This document shows, piece by piece, positions 1 through 7,700 of a stretch of DNA of 64,000 nt. The notes beneath the pieces are model-generated. The model ran no database searches and was not told the DNA's origin. It saw nothing but the letters and a program-made list of their open reading frames with translations. The first letter of the stretch is position 1. Each line of letters opens with the position of its first letter. Position numbers and translations under genes: made by a program. Source of the stretch: a virus; the IMG/VR virus record IMGVR_UViG_3300045988_167691; one strand, 5' to 3'.

Positions 1-209
1 GCACTCATTGCTCTATAGTCTATATTATCCTGTTTTCTAAACATACTATCAAGATCAGTATATCTTATCCACTTTCCCGTACTAAGAAACTCTTTCTTTA
101 TTGTATATAAAGCAGCATTATACAAGTTCTTAGACAAGAAACAAATTCGATCTAAATCTTTGTATCTCTTATCATTTACAGAAATAATATGTTGTTCTAC
201 CAAATACAT
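1..209 (-). CDS. tnpB: TnpB-like (IS200/IS605 OrfB family) nuclease, first ~70 codons only; the gene runs off the left edge
   Basis: Hand translation of the minus strand from ATG at 209 gives MYLVEQHIISVNDKRYKDLDRICFLSKNLYNAALYTIKKEF... This aligns with the N-terminus of the full TnpB at 59920 (MRLVEQHTIKPSSVYYNELYDLLHKCKNLYNKGLYVV). It is not in the ORF track because it is truncated. Confidence 0.55.
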   Translation of the reverse strand, partial: MYLVEQHIISVNDKRYKDLDRICFLSKNLYNAALYTIKKEFLSTGKWIRYTDLDSMFRKQDNIDYRAMS

Positions 210-271
210 AGTGCAAATTTAAATAGAATATTTGAAATTTCCTATTTAAAATCTACAACTTTAAATATTTC

Positions 272-293
272 TGTAAACTGGTATATAGTTACA
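272..293 (+). repeat. TnpB-element end motif, copy C (tgtaaactggtatatagttaca), 63 nt upstream of the left-edge tnpB
   Basis: 18/22 identity to the motif at 61168..61189. Position and orientation relative to its tnpB match those of copy D at 59843..59864. Confidence 0.5.
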
Positions 294-579
294 TCATTAT
301 TTGTTTCCCGTAAACTCTTGCTATTTCAAACTCTGCCATACAACCTTTTGATGTTGCCCAATCAAAAACAAAATAAACGGCATCACACTCTAAAAGAGCT
401 TTAATGCTCTCTCCCATGTAATAGGAATAGGGTTTATCCGGTTCACTGCAATCGTCAAAAGGTGTTATCACTTCATATCCCTTTTCTTCGATCCATTTCT
501 TGACTTGATTTGCATATTTCTTTGTTTCTTCCAAATCATGCCCTGTTATAGGCAAGCTAACATACACTTTTGTTTTCAT
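289..579 (-). CDS. DUF4406 / nucleoside 2-deoxyribosyltransferase-like protein
   Basis: 96 aa. The pattern MKTKVYVSLPITG...ITPFD...YMGESIKALLECDAVYFVFDWATSKGCMAEFEIARVYG matches my recollection of the DUF4406 family (ISGPMTG...CDAV..L.GWE.S.GA..E). Confidence 0.6.
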   Translation of the reverse strand: MKTKVYVSLPITGHDLEETKKYANQVKKWIEEKGYEVITPFDDCSEPDKPYSYYMGESIKALLECDAVYFVFDWATSKGCMAEFEIARVYGKQIMM

Positions 580-818
580 CTTCTAAATTTTTGTCTATTT
601 GTATCTCTTACAAGCTGCCAAAGTCTTACATTTCCTCCTTCCGGTACACATGGATCGATATACAGATTTCCTCCACCTATATAAGCAGGAACATTCCCTG
701 TCGTGCTATAAGCTCTAATATCCCACAGAGTGAATTTCTTGCCATTTCTTTTCGAGAAATGTTGATTGAAATACTCTGTCATCCCTGTAAGATTCAAATT
801 TTTTGTTAATATTTCCAC
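576..818 (-). CDS. hypothetical protein
   Basis: 80-aa ORF packed tightly (4-nt overlap) in the minus-strand gene train. No motif recognised. Confidence 0.4.
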   Translation of the reverse strand: MEILTKNLNLTGMTEYFNQHFSKRNGKKFTLWDIRAYSTTGNVPAYIGGGNLYIDPCVPEGGNVRLWQLVRDTNRQKFRR

Positions 819-824
819 ACTCTA

Positions 825-1235
825 TCAGTTTAAAACTAATTTCAGTCTATCAAAATCACGAGAACAATCATCCTCGTTTTCATATCGTATATGGATATTT
901 TTATAGGGGTTGTCTTTTAAATTGACAGCATCCGGCATTTCATTTATGATTATTTCCGGTATCCCCTCATCCGTATATTTCATTTCAGCAGAGACTATGT
1001 ATATCCTTGTAAGCGCCAGTTTCCCGTTTGAAAAGACAAACAGTCTCTCTTTCTTGAAATAGTTCTTTTCGCTCCATTTTGTGTATTCTTCTATGAAATC
1101 CGCTACACTTGTGTCACTTGGAAGAGCAATCACCTTCTCCAGTTTCTCTTTGAAAACGTTCATTTTCATATCCCCAAGCAATTCGGAAATAGAAGTAAGA
1201 AGCAATTCCATGTTTTCATTCAATCGCATTTCCAT
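825..1235 (-). CDS. hypothetical protein
   Basis: 136-aa ORF in the co-directional gene train. No motif recognised. Confidence 0.45.
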   Translation of the reverse strand: MEMRLNENMELLLTSISELLGDMKMNVFKEKLEKVIALPSDTSVADFIEEYTKWSEKNYFKKERLFVFSNGKLALTRIYIVSAEMKYTDEGIPEIIINEMPDAVNLKDNPYKNIHIRYENEDDCSRDFDRLKLVLN

Positions 1236-1417
1236 CCCCCCCCTATTTCAATTAATGTGTTCCATTCTCTAAGAACGAATCGGTTTCTGCCATTCTCTGC
1301 TTCTACCACTAACATCGTCCCATCTTCCACAGGGTAGGAATCAATCACTTCCCCTTCGAAGTAGTTTCCTTCTTCTGTCCAACGCACTTTCATGGCATCA
1401 AAATTTATAAATTGCAC
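1220..1417 (-). CDS. hypothetical small protein
   Basis: 65-aa ORF overlapping both neighbours by a few codons. Confidence 0.35.
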   Translation of the reverse strand: MQFINFDAMKVRWTEEGNYFEGEVIDSYPVEDGTMLVVEAENGRNRFVLREWNTLIEIGGGWKCD

Positions 1418-1824
1418 ATTTCGCTTTTAACTTTCTTGATATATTTCTTCGAAACCTTTCCTCTATGAAGAACAATCGCCCTATCAATATCCTTAGATGG
1501 ATTGTAGTGTTGTTGATAGATTTCAAACATCTCTCTTGCTTTAGTAGGATTGAGCCTATCGTTATAGGAATAAGCTCTCTTTCCTTTGATACGGTTCACT
1601 TCATCCACATAAATTTTCAACATTTGAAATCTGCCGGAAGCTGAACTTTTAGGATTTCTTGCACTATCGTCACAGCCTGATTCAACCATGCAAATAGCAT
1701 GAACCAATCTTTCCCAAACCACCCTGTCCATCGCGTCTTTCTTGTCACTAATAGTAGGAACTCTAGCATCAGAAACAAGTAACGGAAACAAAGATAATAT
1801 TGACACGACAATTATTCTTCTCAT
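1405..1824 (-). CDS. secreted lytic transglycosylase (SLT-like) / endolysin candidate
   Basis: 139 aa. It has an N-terminal hydrophobic signal-like segment (MRRIIVVSILSLFPLLVS) and an SLT-type catalytic signature (VESGCDDSARNPKSSASGRFQM; Glu-Ser then S.A.G..Q). Confidence 0.65.
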   Translation of the reverse strand: MRRIIVVSILSLFPLLVSDARVPTISDKKDAMDRVVWERLVHAICMVESGCDDSARNPKSSASGRFQMLKIYVDEVNRIKGKRAYSYNDRLNPTKAREMFEIYQQHYNPSKDIDRAIVLHRGKVSKKYIKKVKSEMCNL

Positions 1825-2303
1825 AAAATTTCCCTTTCTCCAAATTCATGTAACCTATGACAAGCGGAGCAAAGAAGTTCAATGTTATCTTTGTCCATTT
1901 TCAAGTCCGGTCTCGCTCCGCGTGATCGTATGTGTGAAAAGAAAATGGCTTTTGGTTCATCTCCCAAAGGCTTTCCACATTTCGCGCATACATGTTCTCT
2001 TTCTCCCCATATTTCCATGAATAGGGTTTTAAGATCACCTCTCCTTTCTTTCCCTATTTTCTTGTCACATTCTTTACAGAGCCACTTCATCCTATTGTAG
2101 ATGTAATGATTTTCACCACATCTTTTACAAGGACGATATTTGTATTTCTCCTTCTTTTTCAGCACGTTACTCAAACTTATAGCTTTTAATTCTTTCAATC
2201 TGATTTTCAAGATACTGAACTCTCTTATCAACCGTTGCGTTAATAGCTTTCTTTGCTTCTTCTTTTGTGAAAAACACATCTCTGCCAATTTTAGCCATTT
2301 CAC
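1821..2303 (-). CDS. HNH endonuclease (NinG/Rap-like arrangement possible)
   Basis: Cys pairs CKRCG...CKEC, then HVCAKCG...FFSHIRSRG...DNIELLCSACH. The maximal ORF overlaps the 85-aa ORF upstream by 137 nt, so the true start may be the internal GTG/TTG near 2165. Confidence 0.65.
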   Translation of the reverse strand: MKWLKLAEMCFSQKKKQRKLLTQRLIREFSILKIRLKELKAISLSNVLKKKEKYKYRPCKRCGENHYIYNRMKWLCKECDKKIGKERRGDLKTLFMEIWGEREHVCAKCGKPLGDEPKAIFFSHIRSRGARPDLKMDKDNIELLCSACHRLHEFGEREIL

Positions 2304-2424
2304 GTTCTCCTTCCGGGATGATATACTCCAGACCTCTGAAAGTAGTTGTTTCCCATTTTTTTACTTCTTTAATTTCACCTGTCATAAGTGCTGAACGCAC
2401 GTCATACATTACTTTTTCTTCCAT
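2167..2424 (-). CDS. hypothetical protein
   Basis: 85-aa ORF with a helical/charged C-terminus. Confidence 0.4.
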   Translation of the reverse strand: MEEKVMYDVRSALMTGEIKEVKKWETTTFRGLEYIIPEGEREMAKIGRDVFFTKEEAKKAINATVDKRVQYLENQIERIKSYKFE

Positions 2425-2644
2425 AACAATTTAAACTTTGTATTCTGTTAAACCTATCTATTAATTCACACACATAGTCCATCTTTTTCTCACTTTCCTT
2501 ACTCGAAAGATAGATAAACCCGAAACTCCTTACAAACTTAGGGTTTCCAAACCATCCGTACCTTACGATCAAAAGCTCTGCTCTTTTCGTATCGTAAAAA
2601 CAAGGGACAATTTTAACTTCAAGTTCCTTTCTTCTTTTTCTCAT
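2402..2644 (-). CDS. hypothetical protein
   Basis: 80-aa ORF in the gene train. Confidence 0.35.
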   Translation of the reverse strand: MRKRRKELEVKIVPCFYDTKRAELLIVRYGWFGNPKFVRSFGFIYLSSKESEKKMDYVCELIDRFNRIQSLNCYGRKSNV

Positions 2645-3141
2645 CTGTCCTTATATTTTTCTTCACACAATTTTATATACCTGCATCCTTTGCATTTCTT
2701 TTCATGATACAAAAACCCATCATAGCTTTCACAAAGGATGTATCCTCTCGGAGAATCAAAATAAAGCTGTCTTTCTTTATCCAAATAGGAATCAGACAAG
2801 GCTTCTTCTTTCTGGATAGGGTTTCTAAGGTCGTATTCCATAACGAATTTAGAGGTAAACCACATATCCTTTTGTGTTCGTTTTCTCCATCTTTCAATAG
2901 CTGCTTTCCCTATCACATTAGGAAGAGGAATAATACTCAATTTCGACACCGACAAAATAAAAACCTGCCTATTAAATTGAAAAGTAAGATAGTTCCAAAG
3001 ATTCCCCACTATTTCATTTTCAAGAAAATCTTTTATCCTTTCCCTGTCCTTTCTTTTTGCATGAAACTCATACTTCGGGTTGTTTGTCAGTTTCCCCTGT
3101 AAGTATTCATAAATCGTTTCAAATTCTTCTCGTCTTGTCAT
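2641..3141 (-). CDS. hypothetical protein
   Basis: 166-aa ORF, the first gene after the terminator hairpin at 3206..3226. It has a C-terminal CKGC..C cluster. Confidence 0.45.
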   Translation of the reverse strand: MTRREEFETIYEYLQGKLTNNPKYEFHAKRKDRERIKDFLENEIVGNLWNYLTFQFNRQVFILSVSKLSIIPLPNVIGKAAIERWRKRTQKDMWFTSKFVMEYDLRNPIQKEEALSDSYLDKERQLYFDSPRGYILCESYDGFLYHEKKCKGCRYIKLCEEKYKDR

Positions 3142-3205
3142 TGCTGTCGAAATTAGATTATAAAATCATTGCATACAAAAGTTGTATATTTTAAGTGATA
3201 AAAGA

Positions 3206-3226
3206 AGGGGAAGTTTTTGTTCCCCT
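3206..3226 (-). terminator. hairpin terminator after the fibre-gene cluster
   Basis: aggggaa-gtttttg-ttcccct. On the minus strand it is followed by tcttttatc. Confidence 0.5.
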
Positions 3227-3256
3227 GTCTCGCTGACAAAACTACAACTTTTGTAA

Positions 3257-3823
3257 CTATTCCCAAACCAAATTAATGTTAAAAATCTCATCGGTCTCTT
3301 TTTCAACCTTCTTATAGCGGTTCTGCGTGTTCATATCTCTCTCTGCCACAAGATCATAGTCATTTTTTATAATTTTCTTATCAAGCGACCGACAGAACCA
3401 CAAACAGATTTCATCCCCAGCTTCCATATCACCAAGCGATACCGGTTCTTCCTCTTTTGCTTCATAAAATTGAATCCAATAAGGTTTTTCGTTCATGGAA
3501 GATGTGCGCGAAGTAACCGGATTTTCTTCTTCATCCTTTCCCATCCCTATAGCTCCTACCGTGATTGTCCCGTAGGGGTTATCCGTTACAGAAGAAAACC
3601 ATAATTCGACATTTTTAAGCGTTTCTGTGCCCTCATTTTTCAAAACAAGAGCAACGTATTGGCTATGAGGATTTGAAGCCAAATTAAGGCTTATTTCATC
3701 AAATAAATTGCCAAATACATCATTAGGCACAAGAGTGGAAGATTTATATCCACCCAACGAATCTGAAACTTTGGACTGCGGACTGTTATATCCCGAACTG
3801 ACCGTATAATAAAACCGTAACAT
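3257..3823 (-). CDS. hypothetical virion-associated protein (last gene of the fibre cluster)
   Basis: 188-aa ORF. The call is by position only. Confidence 0.4.
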   Translation of the reverse strand: MLRFYYTVSSGYNSPQSKVSDSLGGYKSSTLVPNDVFGNLFDEISLNLASNPHSQYVALVLKNEGTETLKNVELWFSSVTDNPYGTITVGAIGMGKDEEENPVTSRTSSMNEKPYWIQFYEAKEEEPVSLGDMEAGDEICLWFCRSLDKKIIKNDYDLVAERDMNTQNRYKKVEKETDEIFNINLVWE

Positions 3824-3828
3824 AAGCC

Positions 3829-4674
3829 TTAACTTTTAGAAGTTGACATGAATATATTCCCAAGCGACCAATATTCGCTTTTCACTTCATTGTAAACAGA
3901 TACCGTGCCGCCAGAATTTTGTACACGAGCGATATAATATTCATCCACTTCTTTGTCTGGCGGAGTGCTGATGCTTACTTCTGGGACTAAAGAAATGACA
4001 TAATCATCATAAGTGTACAAACCGTTTCGCTGCTCGGAAGTCAATACACCTCCCAAAGGAAGTGTCCCAAGCACAATAGCTCTTAAATTCGATTCCGCTA
4101 CAAATGTAGTTGCGGATGTAAGAAGTAAGTTTTGGCTGTCAATTATGTTTACAATCTGATAAACGCCATTATTCAAAAGAACAGAACCGTCTTGTTTTTC
4201 AAACCTAATAGAAATAGGAGTTGACGAAGACTGCCCTCTCACCTTGCCTGAAAAATCAACCGAACCAGACACAATACCTTGTGAGTTTACGCTTACATAT
4301 CCCTTTTCGTAATTTCTTGTTTTGTAAGCAATCTTCACCCAATAGAAATTGCTGTCGTTCGGTACAAGAATATTATCTTCTACATTGATATCTATAAAGT
4401 TCCCGGCACTGGTAAGAGCCATCCCAGGAAGTACCTTAATAGTGCCAGAGTTTGTTCCTGTTTCCACTTTAAAAGGTTCTACAAGATTTTCGTTTTCTTC
4501 CGGTTTATTGACTGTATTAGGATTGATCTTAGACGGGTCATTCGTAATCATCCCAAAAGAATAAGATGCCTGTAGCACCGCCTTCATAAGCGGTGCTGTA
4601 GCAAAGAAAGAAATCATATTTGAAAGTTCTTCTTTCTCTAAAAAAACATTTCTGCTAACATTTAACTTGCTCAT
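3829..4674 (-). CDS. hypothetical tail fibre-associated protein
   Basis: 281-aa ORF directly downstream of the 1648-aa adhesin gene. The call is by position only. Confidence 0.4.
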   Translation of the reverse strand: MSKLNVSRNVFLEKEELSNMISFFATAPLMKAVLQASYSFGMITNDPSKINPNTVNKPEENENLVEPFKVETGTNSGTIKVLPGMALTSAGNFIDINVEDNILVPNDSNFYWVKIAYKTRNYEKGYVSVNSQGIVSGSVDFSGKVRGQSSSTPISIRFEKQDGSVLLNNGVYQIVNIIDSQNLLLTSATTFVAESNLRAIVLGTLPLGGVLTSEQRNGLYTYDDYVISLVPEVSISTPPDKEVDEYYIARVQNSGGTVSVYNEVKSEYWSLGNIFMSTSKS

Positions 4675-4700
4675 TCTCAGTATATTTTAAAATTTTCAAC

Positions 4701-7700
4701 TTATTTCCATCCACTTGGAACACCCTCGCAATTTGTGCCTGTAAAAGTCTGACTATGACTTGTTACATTATTGTTCCCAGACTCCGTTATCTTTACATAA
4801 TTGGATGATCCGGAAAGAATTTGAATAACAGGGACAGTTCCAAGTTTCGAGCAACCATAAAACATTCTGTCCATATTAACCTTTCCTACACCTGCTGATG
4901 ATCTATCGTATAGGGACGTGTATGAAACTGCATAGGTCTGTTCTGTTCCTAAAGAAAGATTTGTACAGTTTGCAAACATTTCAGTACAATTCAAATTACC
5001 ACTGATATTCTCAAAATTGGTATCATTAAACTGATTTCCTATATCCACATTCACAGGTCGTGCAGATGTTCCTGGTTGTCCTACATAATTCCCTGTTCTT
5101 CCAAAAGAAGTGAGTGACGTGCATCCTGCAAAGCATCTCCTAAGATTAGTAAGTGTCGTAAGATCATTAAAGAACTTAGCGGGAATTTGTTTCACACCCG
5201 TGTTCTCAAACATACTTTCTGCATTCTGCAACTTTCCATTCTTCATATTAAAAGAAGATATATCAGATAAATTCCTACAATTCGCAAACATTCTTGAAGC
5301 GTTTGTTACACTTGACGGAAGTCCCTGTCCATAAGGAATAGACAAATAAGTACAATTCTCAAACAATGACTGCATATTTGTTGCCTTCGAAGAGTAAGAA
5401 AACATAGCGGTAGACCAGCCGTCGACAAGACTTGTACAACCGACAAAGCAACCAACAAAAGAAACAATGTTTGTGCAATATCTGAACCATAATACCGGAA
5501 GTTCGGTTATGGCTGTGCAGCCTTGAAATGTATATTGCATATACTGTGCATTCGTTGAATTGCTAAATGGAGAACTTGTAGCTGATTGACCTCCTGTATT
5601 TTTCAAAGCCGTACATTCAAGAAATACAGCATGGAAATCTTCTGCGCCACCTCCCCTTCCAAAAGTACCATTGCCAACGCATGAAGTCAAACTCTTACAA
5701 CTTCTAAACAAGGAAGAATGATAAACACATGAAGTAGGAACAAGTTGACCACTCGGGAGACTTGTAACCCCACTGCTCCAGAAAGCACCCGCACAAGAAT
5801 TACCTGTCATTTTGGTAAACAAACCAGAAGGAATAGACCTAAGACTTGTGCAATCTCTAAACCAACAGATAACACCCCCTGAAATAGAAGGAATTGTGTT
5901 TGTTGCAATCGATGAAAGACTTGTACATCCTCTAAAGGCAGAATGGTTGCCGCCGGCATCGTCCACATTATAAGTGCCAGAACTTCCCTGAATAGAAAAT
6001 GATTCGGGCCACTGTTTGATTGCAGTAGCTCTTGTATGATTTCTGAAATTGGCATACACAGTAGAAGGGTTACTTGTATTTCTACTTCCGCCTTGTACCC
6101 TTACCTCTCTCCCCACTATTTCATAAACGCCATTTGATACAGATGGCGTTTGAGGCGATCCGCTATAAGAAACGATAAGAGCTTTCCAAAGATAAAGGTA
6201 AATACTGTTCCCTCCTGCGTTCGTTGATTCATCCCCTGTCCCTACACATTCCGAATCCGTAGCGGAAGCATACACATAACCTCCAGAAGGAGAAGAAACC
6301 GTTATCCTACCACTTCCATTTGTCTGATCTGTACCACTGTAATAAGACGATCCGTCAGGCGCGGTAGTTCTTATATTCACGGAAGCATAAGGTTGCAATA
6401 CATTTTCCTTTCTAAGATAAATATAAGTTGTCGTAAGCTCATAGTCAAGGGTGAAATCTATATACGTGTCAGCTCCCGATATTGCAATATTGTTTTTCGT
6501 TTGGGATTGATAATTGTCTGCCGTACAAGTGGCATTATACGACCCTGATTGTATTCCAGTAAGTGTAAGCTGTCCTTGTGAGTTGGTGTACCCACTCTTT
6601 CCTCCATAAGTTACGTAAGCTCGATTAATGTTATATCCATTTCGGGATTTCACTGTAATATGAGCACTGTAAGTCTTGTTAGAAACACCTACCCTTTGTT
6701 GTGGCATTGATTCCTGATTAACTGTGACAGAACCTTCCGTAGGCTGATAGTCATAAACGGAAACTTCATATCTGTAAGTTTTCCCCATCTGCATCATAAA
6801 GGTCGTTGTACCGTCCGACCCTGTATTTTGCGTACTAAGTCCTTCTGGTTTTACAGAAGCTCCTGAAACTGGAAGCCCTGTATCGGAATTATAAACATAG
6901 AACTGCACTCTCGTTTCTTTTCTTGGCATTGCAACATTCACCGTCTTTGGAAGGTCATTTGGTTGCACAACCCCTGTCTGGTTACTGAAATATTGCTTCG
7001 AAGCCACCCAATCATAACGCATTCTCGGAACAGAGAATTTGCTCTGTCCGTTATTAGTCAGACCTGTTTGTTCTCCTGCACCTCCTTGATTAAGCGTTAT
7101 CCTTGTACCGTTGGAAATGATACCGTTATCCTCTGTTACAACAAATGTAAGATCATACAAGGTTTGATCCATATAGATGCTCACCACTTGATCATTTCCA
7201 TTTACAGTAAATTGCTGCTCTCTGTCCTCATATTCCTCATAGGATGCTATGACAGTGTATTGTCCATTGGGAAGTTCCAACACAACACCAGAAGAATCTT
7301 CCTGCACAAAATCCTTATCGTTTACTTTCACTTTCGCACCTTCAACGACTGTTCCTCCTGCGCCATACACCTTGATAGTAGTCTTATAGGTAAGCTGTTT
7401 CAAGTCTATCGTAAGGTTCGAATTATTATAAAACTCATAGTTTTCCACATATACCCGTTGATGATTGTTGTCGTAAAATACATCATAAGAATATTTTCCA
7501 CCCAACACTCCTTCAAAAACAGCCTGCCCATTGTCAGAAGTCTGTTTTGTCAAACCTGCAAATCTTACGGTAGCTCCATTTAAAGGCTTTTTCTCTCCTG
7601 TAAAAGTGTTGTAGTCATTCACAGCAAACGTCATGCCAAAAGTAGGCATAGGATTGAAATTCACTTGTATATCCTTATTACTGTCCACAACAACATCCCC

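Noticed and set aside
6963-7583. 206-aa plus-strand ORF inside the 1648-aa adhesin gene, with similar antisense ORFs at 9171..9653, 10766..11269, 17317..17957, 20025..20543 and 44490..44879
   Set aside because: These are antisense shadows of very long minus-strand ORFs in AT-rich DNA. Their composition is hydrophobic and Cys-rich, and nothing supports them as genes. The exception is 12740..13558, which is explained as the silent cassette.
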